Below, one piece after another: positions 22,900-36,767 of a stretch of 64,000 nt of DNA (the first letter of the stretch is position 1; every line of letters begins with the position of its first letter). The stretch comes from the human T2T-CHM13v2.0 reference genome, Homo sapiens. Location: assembly GCF_009914755.1 (NCBI RefSeq), contig NC_060943.1; one strand, 5' to 3'. The position numbers and the translations under genes were made by a program. Below the pieces are notes generated by a model. That model was not told the DNA's origin. It saw only the letters and a program-made list of their open reading frames with translations, and made no database searches.

Positions 22900-24100
22900 T
22901 TTTTAATGGTGGTATTATAAAATACACATCAAAATTTGCCATATTATTATTATTATTTTGTAGACAGTGTCTGGCTCTGTTGCCCAGGCTGGAGTGCAGT
23001 AGCTCAATCATGGCTTACTGTAGCCTCCACCTCCTGGGCTCAAGCAATCCTCGTACATCATCCCCCTGAGTAGCTGGGACCACAAGCATATACCACCATG
23101 CCCAGCTAATTTTTATATTTTTGGGAGTGACAAGGTCTTCCTATGTTGCCCAGGCTGGTCTTGAACTCCTGGACTCAAATGATCCTCCTGCCTTAGCCCC
23201 AAAGTGCTGGGACTACAGGTATGAGCCACTGCACCTGACCCCATCTTAAAAATTTTTAAGTGCACAGTTCAGAAATACATTTGCATTGTGCAACCATCAG
23301 CGCCACCCATTTTCAGAGAATATTTTTCATCTTGTAACAGGGAAAATTCATATCCATGAAACACTAACTCCTCATTCTTCCTCCTCCCCACCCCAGGTAA
23401 CCACTATTCCAGTGTCTCTATGATTTTGACTGCTCTAGGGACTTATATAAATGAGATCATACACTGTGTATCTTTTTGTGACTGGCTGATTTCACTTAGC
23501 ATAATGTCCTCAAGGTTCATCCATGTTGTAACATATGTGAGAATTTTTTTCCTTTTGAAGGCTGAATAATATTTCATTGTATGGATAGACCACATTTTGT
23601 TTATCCATTCATCTATCCATAGACACTTGGGTTGCCTTCACTTTTTGGCTATTGTAAATAATGCTGCTATAAACATGGAGGTACCAATATCTGTTTGGGT
23701 CTCTGCTTTCAATTATTTTGGGTTTATACCCAGGAGTGGAATGGCCAAGTCATACAGTACCTCTAGTTTTAGTTTTCTGAGGAACGACCATAATGTTTTT
23801 CACAGTGGCTGCACCATTTTAATTCTTATGAATAGTGCACAGGGGTTCCAATTTTTCCACAGTCTCATTAACACTTATTATTTTCTGGGGTTTTTGCTTT
23901 GTGTTTGAGAGTAGCCATTTAAATTGGCATAAGGTATAATTTCACTGTGGTTTATATTTTCATTTCCTTAATGATTAGTGATATTGATCAATATTTTCTA
24001 TGCTTGCTGGCCATTTGTACATCTTCTTTGGAGAAATGTTTATTCAGGTCGTCTGCCTATTTTGTTAAATTGGGTTGATTTTTTTTTTCTGTTGTTTAGG
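22900..24100 (-). mobile_element. L1MB-like 3' fragment with AluJ insert (about 22945-23240)
   Basis: TTTCACTTAGCATAATGTCCTCAAGGTTCATCCATGTTGTA; antisense Alu dimer. Confidence 0.9.
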
Positions 24101-24525
24101 TAGAGAAGGCAATCCTTGAATACCAGTGATGTTTCACTAATGCTGGGCCATTGATTTCACAAGAAGTTGTATGAGGTATTAGAATGTGTGTTTGGTTTCA
24201 ATCATGGCTGAGGTTGAATGCCTTTTCCAAAATTCAGTGTGAAGCCACAAAGGATCCAGGAGCAAGAACATGGTGTGACTGCTCTCTGCTAAAGAATTTC
24301 AGCCTGATGACAGTGAGCAGGCTACACATGAGACTGACACAAGAACAGGTGGAAAGGGAGACCTTCCACTGGAAAAAGGTGATTCTAACATGCAGAATCA
24401 CCTTCAAGGAGCAAGTAAGCAGAAAAATAGACAATGGCACAGTGGCCAGGCAATAAGACACTAGGTCCAGAATCTGAGGTTCAAATCCTGGCTCTGTGAG
24501 ACAACAACATGCCTTGGTTTCCTCA

Positions 24526-24962
24526 TGCTACTGAAACACCAGGGGTTGGGGCTAGGTCCCATTGCTTGCTGCACAGAAAGCCAACCACTGAGACAATGAA
24601 CATTGCCAGGGAAGAAGGCTTTATTTGGGTGCTGCAGCCAAGGAGGTGGGAGATCAGTCTTAAATTCATCTCTCCAGCCGACTCAAATTGGATGGTTTAT
24701 ATAGCTTGGAAGGGAAGTAACTACCTGCAGGGAAAACAGCAATTAAGGAGGGCTAAGGAAGCAATCATGATAAATGAGGAGTCTGGTGTCTCATTGTCTG
24801 ATGGTGATGTGGTGAGTTTCAGTCTCTTGCCTGAAGGTCCGTTTCCTAACTCAGATGACTGACAAATGTTAAGTTTCAAGTTTTAAGACCAGATGGGTCA
24901 ATTTCTATGTTTATTCAAAAACCCTGTAAATATCAGTTCTATGTGGAACTTGAGCTGGTTTG
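24526..24962 (-). mobile_element. ERV1 LTR (MER66-like) inserted in a MIR
   Basis: CTGAAACACCAGGGGTT...GCACAGAAAGCCAACCACTGAGACAA...GCCAGGGAAGAAGGCTTTATT. MIR-like flanks GGTTCAAATCCTGGCTCTG and GGTTAAATGATGCAATATAAGTAAA. Confidence 0.65.
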
Positions 24963-25509
24963 CCCCCAGTTATCACAGTTAGGGTTAAATGATGCAATAT
25001 AAGTAAAACACCAGCAGTTTCTGACACACACACAGAGTGCATGACACAAGTGGTGTGTTGGGACAATATAGCTCAGTGAACTCCCTTTGTCTACTCAGTT
25101 ATATTGAGCAATGAGGCATCTCTGATGATGCCACTTTGCTACTTCTCCCCTGATAATTTCACCAGATCCAGCCATATGAGCACTGCAAGTGCTTAAATCA
25201 TTCCTCATATTTCCTGTGCAGGCAAATCATTTGGCACCAAAACAGGCACAGAAGTCCAAGTCCTGCTGCCAGCTCCACGACTGATGGCACAGACGGACTT
25301 TGGGATTAGTCCTTTAATCTCTGTCCTCTATTAAATGAAGGTCATCATGCTGCTGCCTAATGTAAAAGGATTGTGGGGATTTTCATCATTCATTAACGAT
25401 TATCTTATTCTTTGAAACCCCAAGAAAACTATACAAATTCCAAAGTCTAATAGGTACACAAGGGCTTTATTATGGATGATGAAGTTTCAAAGGATGCTAA
25501 CCCAAAAAA

Positions 25510-25805
25510 AAATTTTTTTCTTTTTTGAGACTTGCTCTTTTTTGAGTCTTGCTCTGTTGCCCAGGCTGGAGTGCAATGGTGCGCTATTGGCTCATGGTAA
25601 GATCCACCATTCTCCTGTCTCAGCCTCTGGAGTAGCTGGGACTACAGGCACCCACCACCACACCCGGCTAATTTTTGTTGTATTTTTAGTAGAGACGGGG
25701 TTTCCCCATGTTAGCCAGGATGGTCTCAATCTCCTGACCTTGTGATCAGCCTGCCTCGGCCACTCAAAGCACTGGCATTACAGGCATGAACCACCGCACC
25801 CGGCC
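25510..25805 (-). mobile_element. AluS/Y with internal deletion
   Basis: Antisense Alu. Flanks AAAAAAATTTTTTT are present on both sides. Confidence 0.93.
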
Positions 25806-27268
25806 AAAAAAATTTTTTTTAATGCGCTCTCTTTTCCATATAATCCCAAGGTTGGTGAATCACCTCTAAGTCAGGAGTTTATCTTAGCTGATACTGCCTT
25901 AGTGTTGGCACAACTTAAATTTAGTTAAACTAATATTTGCATGATCTTTGCACAACACATAAACACCCAGGAACAGGTGGTGCTCCTCGGTGGTCAACAC
26001 CAGGATGGCTATGGCAGGGCACATTCTTTCTCTATAGCCCAGGCCACTGGCATTCAAAGAAATATTTTTCAATGTCTGATTTTTCTCTGGAAGTAGGAAA
26101 ATGCTTTCCTAACTGCTTTACTTATAAGGGTGTTTCTTGCTAATTCTGTGCCCAGAGTAACTAATGGGGACATAGACATAGACATCATTCAAATGGCATT
26201 CTCTCTTTACCATAACCCATGCTTTAAAATGAAATAAACTGAACCCATGCCTTAAGACGACAATCAAGAAATACATTCTGCCTAAGGAAAAGTCCTGCGT
26301 TCAAAGGTTTTTGTCCAAATAATCTGACATTGTGGTCATGAAACATTGAAAATAGCATTTGGAGCAGTAAGTATAAAAATTTAGAAGGAGTAAAACTACT
26401 TGAATGCTTGTTGGGAGGTTTACAATGTAGTCAAACACCAGTTAAGCAAAAATAAAATTTACTACTTAACTATTTACATTTTCTAATGTGTGGTTTCATG
26501 GAATTGTTGAGATAAAAGTAGATACTGAAATAGGAGTACTTGAAAGTAATAAGACAGAGATTTTTATAAAATCATTTCTGACCTGATTAAGAAAAATATA
26601 ATCTCTATCACATATGAAATAAACACCTTTAGAAAAATGCAATGTCAAAGAAAACACTTGGAATGGCCAACAAATATCTACTACAGATAGAAATGAAAAT
26701 ATTTATGTTATGTAAATGTCGGGTATCAAATTGTCTCCGAAGTTGCCTTCTAGAGAACTTTGTTTAGTTGGTATATTCTTCCTATGAATCAAAGGAATAC
26801 AGTGTTACGATCATAAGTCATGAGGGACATGAGACAATTTTAAGGATTTAGGAAAGTAGGGAAGCAGTGAGGTGAAGGGTAGGCAGATACTTCAGAGGGT
26901 AAAAAGTGTTTTTGATTCAAAAGAAAAGCTAAGGTAGTTTGAAGAAAACATGCATCATCTACTAGTTAATCTGGGGTACAATGAAGGTGGTGTTATTTTA
27001 ACAGTGTTCAGAAAAGACCAATTAATTCTGTGGCCATACAGAAAGAATGGAAAGATTGCATAAAACAGATTCTGAGGAATACAAATCAATATAGCAAGGA
27101 ACTTTATGATGAAGGACGAATGTGAGCATAGAATGCACTGTTTTTTTAATTATTATTATTAGCAGCATCATTGGTTTGGTGATGTTACCTACTTTTGGAG
27201 TGGAGCTAGATATGAGAGCTGCATGTCCCTTGAACTTTATTTGGGGTAAATAGTGAAAACAATATCTA

Positions 27269-27377
27269 TGATGAGTTAATGGCTGCAGCACAACAACATG
27301 GCACATGTATACATATGCAACAAACCTGCGTGTTGTGCTCATGTACCCTAGAACTTAAAGTATAATAAAAAAAGAAA
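27269..27377 (+). mobile_element. 5'-truncated L1PA 3' terminus
   Basis: CATGGCACATGTATACATATG...TACCCTAGAACTTAAAGTATAATAAAAAAA. TSD GAAAACAATATCTA (27255-27268) / GAAAACCATATCTA (27378-27391). Confidence 0.93.
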
Positions 27378-28125
27378 GAAAACCATATCTAAATAAAAAA
27401 GAAAACATTCCAGAGGTGCAGAATTCAAGCTAGAAGAATTGTGTCCTTGGATGTCCCAAGGTCAAATTTTAATATGTCATTGAATGAAGGTTCCAATGTT
27501 TGGAATAATGAAAACAGTCATATTGAATTTTGTCTTTGCTCTCCTCCCTCCCCAGTGTCTACCAAAAAGGCTGAGTAAACATTCATGCAAGTCAATACAC
27601 TGTCACAGCCTCAATTCATCCTAGCAGTCTTTCCTGGAATAGTCACTTAAGACGTATCTGGTGAGGACCCACTGGCACTTTTAGAGCAATCAGAAAATAC
27701 CTCAAATTGCTCACATCTAGTGTAGGAGAAGGCTAATCCATCCCTGTTTCATGAAGCATCACTTCAATATCCTGGAACAGTCATTCTACCCAAATCTTCT
27801 GTCCCTAGAGCCCAAGACTCTCCGCATCTTCATCCATTCTTCACGGGGCTTGATTTCCAAGACTCTCTACCATCTTGGCCACACACCATGTTACGCATTC
27901 ACTATGGACACTGCACCACTGCGGATGCTGCACCAAGGGTTCTGAATCCAAGGGCAGATTGTTATGAACAGCCCCTTTAAAAGTCTTAAATGTGATACAC
28001 TGGTCTGTCAGCAGATGTGCAGAGCCTCTTATGGGAGACACAGTTTTTGACTCATGTGATTCAATGTCCATAAATCTGCATCCAAAAGATGCCCATAGAG
28101 ACAAAGAGCAGAGTAAAGTCCTTGC

Positions 28126-28305
28126 AGCAGTGTTTCTCAAACTTAGCCACCCACCAGAACTGCCTGGGGAACTTTGAAAGATACCCATGCTGAATCCCAC
28201 CCACCAAGATTCTGATGTAATGCTATGGGGTGAGATCTGGACATCAGGATGTTTGGAATCTCCCCAGGCTCATTTAACATGCAACCAAGACTGAAGCCCA
28301 CTGTC
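28126..28305. mobile_element. MER5A-like hAT DNA transposon relic
   Basis: CAGCAGTGTTTCTCAAACTT...CTCCCCAGG..CATGCAACCAAGACTGAAGCCCACTG. Confidence 0.7.
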
Positions 28306-28957
28306 CTCAGCAATGTGCCCAGCCCAGCCTTCCTGACATCCCCCCATGGGTACAGGATGACAGTTTCTCACTCTGACCCTTTCCTTTATTCAATACAGCA
28401 CAGCACAATCCAACAGGGTGAGCACTGTTATGACAGAGAACCTCGAGTCGGATCTGATTAAATGTCTTCAACAAAACCAGTGCCAAGCCTTGGCCATTCA
28501 GCTATCAATTACTATTTTCAACCCAGGTTCTAAAGGCTCTTCATTAGAAACTTCTCGGGTTGATAATGATTGGGCAAATGTGCCCTTTGGATTTGATTGC
28601 TACCATGATTATTAATTAACTGAATTGTAGAGATATCGAGTACCTTTCTGCCTCTTGTTTTTAAGAACCCATGAGAGACAAGGCCAATTGCAGACAATGA
28701 GGACGTCCTCATGATAGTGAGATGAACTGCCTAGCTATCTTCCGATATCGTTACTTCCCACCAGTTTTGTTGCTTGCAAAACAACAGAATCTTCTCTCCA
28801 TGAAATCATGGTTATCAGTTAGGAAGTAGCCCACTTGGTTCTGGATTTCGTTTAGAGATTTAAGATAGTAACAGAGGGTGCAGGATGACAAACAGAATTT
28901 GTACACTGTGTCTGGTAGTGGAAAATACCCAACATTGTACTGTATGCTGACTCTGTC

Positions 28958-29029
28958 ATTTCCTGCCTTCTCTCCTCCTTTTCTCCCTCCCTCACTCCCT
29001 CCCTCTCTCCCTCCCTCCTTCCTTCCCTC
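28958..29029. repeat. (CCCT/CCTT)n polypyrimidine tract
   Basis: Directly visible. Confidence 0.9.
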
Positions 29030-31129
29030 ATGAAAGCATAGCTTGTTTGCCATTCTTTCCTCCAGTCACCAGCCATTTACTTATGCACATCACCATGCTC
29101 ATGCCATTACCAGGGGACTTTCTATCAGCATGAAGACAAGAAAATGCCTGGGGCAGAAAGGGTGTGGGGAGCAGGCAGCACCCCTGCAACTGCCCGGTAG
29201 CATTTATACATTGCTCTCCCACCTTGGTTTCTATCCATAGCTTTCCTCGTCAGAGCATGTTCACTTTAACATCCTCTAGAGCAATTTCTTGGATCCTTCA
29301 AGGGCTCAAGAACTAAACATAAGTTCAAAAGAAACTGAGTAGGCACCTACCTTCTGGAAACAACATCCATAGAAAAGACTTGATTGCTATGGTCTGATTT
29401 ATGAACCTGTGGCTCATATCAAGGTTAGCATTTGCACTAGCATTAAGGTATTTTCATTGAGATAATTTATGTTTTGAAAGAAATACTACAAGATCAAGAA
29501 ACTGTATCAGTTGGAGAATAGAAGTGTGTATGATTTGTGTATATAAATATGCACATCAAAGCATTTATTTATTTCAGAGAGTTGTATAACACCATCAGAG
29601 TAAAAATTGAGTGATTCTCTTCTATTTCTGACCCTACTTCCAATGTCTTCTCTGTCCCTCTGGGCAAAACCATTTAAACCTTTTATCTTGGTTTCCTTTG
29701 TGAGAAAATGGGGATAATAGATACCCCTGAGCCATTCTGGAGACATGTTTGGATGCCAGCCCAGTTATATGATTATAGGAGAAAAAAGCTTTGAGCTTTT
29801 GGCACTTAGGTGCCACATAAAGATTATTAGCAAGCTGCTGAGGTTTTATCTTTGGAAACTAATAAGCATTTCTCCTCTAAAGCCTCAAATCTTTAGCCCC
29901 TGGACACATGTTCCTGATAGCTCTCTCTTTACAAAGATCCCCTTGGCTCCACAAGGATACAGATAGTGCTTTGCTGAGAGAGTCACTACCGCACATTCAG
30001 ATGAAAGGTATTCATTCCGCTTGGCAGAGTCATGGTTAGAGTAGCTGCTGATCCCAGCAAGGCAGGGTGGGTGATGGGAAGGGATTAGATTAGGAAGAAA
30101 AGGGATCCTCTCATTCTCTCACTGAGAGGACTTTAAACCTGCAGAAGCACAACAGTGAGTGGACTACGTGTATGTGCCAACGTGCAAAGTCGATGGTGCA
30201 CACGTTACAGGTTGGCTCGAGACGATGCCACTCAGACCTGAGTGCACCGTGGAACTCTCTTGAATTCTCTCTGCAAATGGGTTGCCCTGGATGTATAGAG
30301 TTATTCTACAGGAGTCCTGCTCCTAACTCATCAGAAACGTAATGTCCTCTGTTGATCTCAAAGGCATTTTCTTCTGTTAAAAGTATTGTCCATTCAGCAA
30401 TATGGAGAAAGATCATTTGTGAGAATAAAATAGAAGTGTCTGATGGTAGTGGGGGGGGGTGTAATTTCCTCCCTATGTGAGTAGCATTAAGTTCACTCTT
30501 AATTTTTTTCTTCATTTCTGTAATTGGAGACTGATTTATCAAGAGGATATAGAATTCAGTGACTAATTCCATTAAATGCTGAAAGAATAAAATAAAAGTA
30601 GAATTCAAAAGGCTTACTCCTGATTAGTTTTCAAGATGTGTCTAGGTACAGGAAGTTAAAAATAATACCACAGTGAATGCTCTGACCCAGTGCTAACAAA
30701 AGCTTCCTTTTTTTGGTGAGACTTGGCATAGAAAATCACACATGTCATTCAGTGGTCCTGAAAAATGATGACTGAGATTTGGACTGGTTTTCCAGGGAAT
30801 AAAATTGAGTGACTTTTTAAAAAGTTCTACTCCTAGAATCTGGGATCTAATCAATCCAATATCAACTTCAAGGGAATAGACCAACAACCAGAGATGAAAT
30901 TAGAAGAAAAATAATTAGAATAGCAAGCATAGGCTGGTTTTCCATGCTATGATTCTGCAGCAAATGTGGTAATTTGGGAATACTGATTTGGGGGATCTCT
31001 TGTCATGGGAATAAGTTGTGTTTTGTCAGCTTTGCTGAGTGTCTCCGGTGAGCTAAAAGTGATTAAAACAGAGTGCTGGCCCTGGTATGTAAGCTGTAAT
31101 CTATACTCCATATCTACCACTAGCCATTT

Positions 31130-31877
31130 TGAAGGAGGAGAGTTCCCTGATCCATCTCACATGATGTGCAACAGGCGTGTGGCTCGCCCGCTTGGTTGCT
31201 CAAACCCCTGATGGGAGATGGAGCACACAGATGGGCAGGTGCAGGGGCTGGAGTGAGTGCTTTGGGCTCCAGCCTGGCAGTAGTGTCTGGGGAGAGGGTG
31301 TTCCTGCAGCCCAAGTCTCTTTAGTCTTGCTGTCTGCAAATGGCTTAAGTGTTAACCGGCTCAATAGACCCTCTGCCTTTTCACAAGGGCAGAGGGCCAG
31401 TGTGACAGCTTTCTGTATTCCCAGCTTTTGCCCAGTGTTCTAGAAGAATCGGGTCACACACACAGGCTTGAAGGATGAATGTGGGATTTTATTGAATGGT
31501 GGAGGTGGCTCTCAGCAGGATGGATGGGGAGCTGGAATGGGGAATGGAGTGAGAAGATGATCTTCCCCTGGAGTTTGGTCATCTAGCAGCCAAACTCCCC
31601 TCTGACCACCCCCAGTTTAACTCCTGGCATTCACACGTTCCTTCCCTTCTCTCTTTCTCTGCTGTGTCATCTGTTGTTTGTCTGCTTGTCTCCTCATCTC
31701 CTCATCTGCTTCTGGAGCCTGGGGTTTGGGGTTTATATGGGTACAGGATAGAGGGACATGGCAGGCAAGAAGGCAACTTTTCCCACTTAGGGCCACGGGT
31801 CTCCAGGCTTGAGGGTGGGGCCTTTGCTGGGGAACTACCTTCTTTACCCAGTATTTCCCTGTCTCCTGTCCATATCA
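31130..31877 (-). mobile_element. Solo ERV1 LTR, LTR1/LTR27/LTR28 group
   Basis: Minus start TGATATGGACAGGAGACAGGGAAATACTGGGTAAAG..CCCCAGCAAAGGCCCCACCCTCAAGCCTGG. 4-bp TSD ATTT on both sides. Confidence 0.8.
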
Positions 31878-32604
31878 ATTTCATGAATGTGTGGTCACAA
31901 CATGAACCCAGAATTTGGAGGTTGGAAAGTAGGAGTGAATGCACTCAATCTAATAGGGTGCCAATTCGTAGCATCTAATTTGGTAATGAAGAATGAGTAA
32001 TAGAATCTTTTGGTAGGGGCAGACTTGGTGAATCTTCAAATGTAGCAGGATTTTAAAATGAATCGAATACTATCTCTCAGTCAATACAATTACCTCCACC
32101 ACTCCTCAGTTCCTAATTCAAGGGTTATATTTTCAGTAACTTTATGTATTCAAAACTGTATTAGATGCTGGAAATACAAAGATGAGTCAGACATTATTAA
32201 TCTCTGTCCCTAAAACGATGAAAACTAGTGTGGAAGACAGCCAAAAAATTAGAGATTAATCTTATCTAGAAAATTCTAGAAACAGGATGAAGCACAACAG
32301 AGGAGTATTTTAGGCAACCTCAAGGCATTTAACACAACCTGGAGCCTTTAGTTAGGTTAGAATATGGCCAGGAACCGGAAGTCAAGATTCAACAAATTGC
32401 AACACTGCAATAATAACTAACATCACTTTCTAATAGTGTTTATAGTGTTTTCTAATATGAAATCAAAATCTGTCTTTGGATAACTTTTACTCACTCCCTG
32501 GTCTTGTTTCTGTTCTCTGGGATGACACAGAATATATGGAATTCACTCTTACTCTGCTTAGTACTGAGAAAGCAAAAATTAAATAAGGCATTCCAAATTC
32601 TTGT

Positions 32605-33770
32605 CTGTATATGGGCCAAGGGAAAGCTTCCCCTTCACCCTCTGAAGGTTTGCTGATAACCAACTGACAAAAGGAAGATTCACAGGAGAAAAAGCTTAAA
32701 TATTTATTTGATCACAGTTGTATATGACATGAGAGCCTTTAGAATGAAGACCCAAAGATACAGAGGAAACCGTCCATTTTTATGCCTAGGTTCAACAAAG
32801 TATGGACAACCATGTAGAAATAGGGTTGGATTCTTCTTGGCCTCTCTGAGCAGTGCTTCTTCCTTCTGGGTGTGGGAAAAATTCACCATATTCCTTAGGT
32901 CCCTTCAAAGTCCCCTCTATTCACTCTATTTCAGGAAGGGTGAGAGGACCAATGAATAACCAACTTTCTGGAAAGGGGGTCTTAGGATCTACAGTCAAAC
33001 AAAGTAGGTCAGGTCATTTCTTCTTTTGTTTTCTCTTTTCAAGAGGCAGGGTCTGATTCTGTCACCCAGGGTGAAGTGCAGTGGCCTGATCCATGGTTCA
33101 CCACAGCCTCAAATTCCTGGACTCAAGCAATCTGCCAGTCTCAGCCTCTGAAGTAGGTATGACTACAGGTGTGTGCCAACATACCAGACTAATTTTTAAA
33201 AATTTTTGCAGAGATGGAGTCTTGCAATATTACCCAGGATGGTCTTAAACTCCTGGGCTCAAGCAATCCTCCTGCCTTTGCCTCCCAAAGTGTTGAAATT
33301 ACAGATTTGAGCCACCACACCCAACCCAGATAATTTCTGTATGGCCAGTTTTTACACAGAAAGGTAGAGGGAAATTTAGAGTCCGATTTTTAGGTTTTAT
33401 GGCTTTGGGGAAAAGGGGTTCTGGTTTCTAGGACCCGTCATGGGGAAGAGGGATTCTAGTTTCTAAGGTGCCTCCAGGGAGAATGGGACTCAGAGACAGG
33501 AGGGCAGAAGAAGCTCAGAGAGAAAGTTTTGCTTCTGAGGCTCTTTCAGAAGGATTCCTTGAGCTCAGGAGTTCCAGACCAGCCTGGGTAACATTTCAAG
33601 ACTCCATCTCTGCAAAAAATTTTGAAAAAATAGCCTGGTATGTGGCATGAACCTGCAGTCCTAACTACTTGAGAGGCTGAGGCGGGAGGATTGCTTGAGG
33701 CCAGGAGTTTAAGGTGTGGTGAACTTCTGAGGCTTTGATTTTGGGGTACTGCTTTCTGAGCCTTAGACCT
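32605..33770 (-). mobile_element. MER39/MER34-group LTR interrupted by AluJ (33020-33328, minus), a partial AluJ (33548-33715, plus) and an 80-bp insert
   Basis: GGGCCAAGGGAAAGCTTCCCCTTCACCCTCTGAAGGTT...CTGACAAAAGG; 3' part GGGGAAGAGGGATTCTAGTTTCTA...TTTTGGGGTACTGCTTTCTGAGCC. Confidence 0.7.
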
Positions 33771-35208
33771 AGAACCAGTATTCAGGTCATGGGGGAAGTT
33801 CATATAAGAATCTCTATTTTTTAACTATCAAACTGTGACTTCCACATGGGCCACTTGGGAATGCTCTCACCCATAGACCTGTCATACACCTTTGTTGGGT
33901 AGGGACAGGAAAAGAGATTGAGTAGCATAAGATAAAGTCCTCCCGACCCCACCCATTTCAATAATGGGATCCGCATTTATCATATGCAGATCTGAGACCC
34001 TTCCTGAACTTCAGGATTCATACAGTATTAGAGAGTGGTCTATACCTTTCCCCATGACCTCCAGCCCACACGAGGTTCAGTGACCCTAATGCCACGGAGG
34101 CCAGGATGCTGTGATTAAGATGAGAGCAGGGGTAAGAAGGGTCTTTTCTCTGCTCATGGAGCACTGGAATGAAGTATCTTTTTGGGTGCTGGACAGTGGG
34201 GAGGTCAAGACTGTGGGCAGAGGAACACTGGAGCCAATGTTGGGAATAATTCTCATGCAAGCAAAGACGTGGTGTTTAGCTGGTCACAACCCCAGACCTT
34301 GAGACTCCAGTTCCACAGGGGTCCAGGATATTGTTTCCATGTACAAGATCCATCTGTGAGAATCCAGCACTTTCCACCACCTGCCGTGGTATGGCTGTGG
34401 TCCCATGCACCATCACCTTGCGCTTCAACTTCTGCAATGACCCCCTAATTGATAACCTGGCTCTTGAGTTGACCTTACAGCAAACATTCTTTTTGAAGAA
34501 AAGTCACAGAGCTTCACCCCACTGGCCGAAACCCTCCACTATTAGCTGCCACTGCACACAGAGTCGAAGCCTAAGGCATTGCACTTACACATTTTCATGT
34601 TATATTGTTGCATAGATGTTGTTAGTTTCTGAGTAGCCAGGAGAGCATTTTTTCTGCAATTAAACATATCGAATGCACCACATTCTTTAGGTCCCCTCAA
34701 AGGCCCTTCTATTCACTCTATTTCAGGAAGGGTGAGGGAACCGGTGAATAAACAAAGGTCCTTGCTTTAAAGGCTGTTATGACCATAAAGTCTGTGTATT
34801 TCACAGCTCATGACAGCAGCATCCTGAGATATTATTTATTGTCAAACTTCTCTTCTCAGGCCACACATCCCATTGCAATGGGGAATGGGACAGAGCAAAT
34901 TGCAAGTTCTTGGTTCTATGTTCCAGTTGCAATGTTGCTTTCAGTTTTCCTGCTGTTAAAACAGCTTTTGCTGGTAGGACTGTGGGAAGTGAGAATAGAT
35001 TTCATTTTACCTGCTGTGCATCAGCAGAAAAAACAAGTCTTTCTTTTCTCCTAGCAGCTGAGATTTCTCAGAGTTCTTCCTAGAATTGGATGTTATATAT
35101 GATCTACTTTACTCATGCCAACCTGCATACACACCAAAGCCTGATGAGTGGTACAAACCCACCCAATGTTTTCCCCCAAAACAGAAGTAACATAAGCCCA
35201 TGTGGAAT

Positions 35209-35755
35209 TGTCAGAGGTGTTTGAACCAGAGCAACTGCATCTTGAATAGGAGCAGGGTAAAATGAGGCTGAGACCTACTGCGCTGCATTCCCAGACAGTT
35301 AAGGCCTTCTAAGTCACAAGATGAGATAGGAGATCGGCACAAGATACAGGTCATAAAGACCTTGCTGATAAAACAGTTTGCAGTAAAGAAGCTGGCTAAA
35401 ACCCACCAAAACCAAGATGGCCACAAGAGTGACCTCTGGGGGTCCTCATTGCTACACTCTCACCAGCACCATGACAGTTTACAAATGCCGTAGCAACGTC
35501 AGAAAGTTACCTTATATGGTCTAAAAAGGGGAGGCATGAATAATCCACCCCTTGTTTAGCATATTGTCAGGAAATAACCATAAAATGGGCAAGCAGCAGC
35601 CCTTGGGGCTCCTCTGTCTATGGAGTAGCCATTCTTTTATTCCTTTGCTTTCTTAATAAACTTGCTTTCACTGTATGGACTCGACCTGAATTCTTTCTTG
35701 GTGAGATCCAAGAACCCTCTCTTGGGGTCTGGATCTGGACCCCTTTCCTGTAAAA
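35209..35755 (+). mobile_element. Solo MER41A LTR
   Basis: TGTCAGAGGTGTTTGAACCAGAGCAAC...GGACCCCTTTCCTGTAA. It lacks the tandem GAS insert of MER41B (AAAAAGGGGAGG|CATGAATAATCC). TSD GAAT/GAAC. Confidence 0.9.
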
Positions 35756-36184
35756 GAACTATTCATTTTATCTTTTGGTCGTCACCAAGCAAACACAATT
35801 ATAAATAAGGAAAATAATATATGATTGTAATTTTACTCATAATCCCGAATGTCTCTCATGACCAGCACACCTTTGGTGTATTGGGTCTAAATCAAAGAAA
35901 AATTTGAGGAGTTGAATGAACGACGTTTTGATATCTTAATGCATTTTGGAGAAAACCAACTGTTGCAAAAAGCTAAAGAAAACAAAAATTCATTGTTTAT
36001 AGATCAGGTCACGTGTTTTTCATTTCTGCAATGGCGATGTGGTTGATTCCCATGGAACACAATGAGAGTGTGGTCTCCTTTGAGATTGTATTTATTGATA
36101 AATGCAAAAATGCTAATGAATGCTAACTTGCTGGTTCTCCATGGCCTTCCTTCCTCCCTCCCTTTCCAAGAAGGATGTTGTATC

Positions 36185-36723
36185 TGTCAGAGGCATTTGA
36201 ACCAGAGTGGCTCCATCTTGAGTGAGGGCTAGGAAAACGAGGCTTGAACTTGCTGGTCGGCATTCCCAGAAAGTTAGGTGTTCCTAGCCTCTAGATGTTT
36301 ACAGTTAAGGGAATAGATTGATAACATTCACTAAACAGACCCAGAATTGGGAGTGTCCTGATATCCCGATATCTTGAGAACAGAAGCATTCCTAATTTTG
36401 CTTTAAAGATAATAACGTTGATTCTTGAAAAATATAGTAATTTAAAAAATTAATCCTTTATCACAAACCCTTGTAGCAGAGCACATCTCCCCATGATCTT
36501 TTTAAATTCTCTATATAAACAAGCACTGTACCTAGGGGTTGGTGTGTTCCTTCTCTTACTTTCTGGAATGCCCTACTCTGTCTATGGAGTCGCTGTACTT
36601 TCACCACTTTACTCTTTTAATAAACTTGCTTTCACTTTGCACTGTGGACTTGCCCTGAATTTTCTTGCCCAAGACCTAAGAACCCTCTCTTGGGGTCTGG
36701 ATCGGGACCCCTTTCCTGTAACA
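36185..36723 (+). mobile_element. Solo MER41C/D-like LTR
   Basis: TGTCAGAGGCATTTGAACCAGAG...GAGTGAGGGCTAGGAAAA...CCCTTTCCTGTAACA. Perfect TSD TATC. Confidence 0.85.
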
Positions 36724-36767
36724 TATCCACCTGGTCAATTTAGGAGGCAGCTGTTATGTTTATCAGG

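Noticed and set aside
26979-27008. AATGAAGGTGGTGTTATTTTAACAGTGT resembles the M-exon intron at 9691-9717
   Set aside because: Under 30 bp, AT-rich, and the flanks do not align, so it is likely coincidence.
35209-36723. Two co-oriented MER41 LTRs as ends of one deleted provirus
   Set aside because: They are different subfamilies and each has its own TSD.
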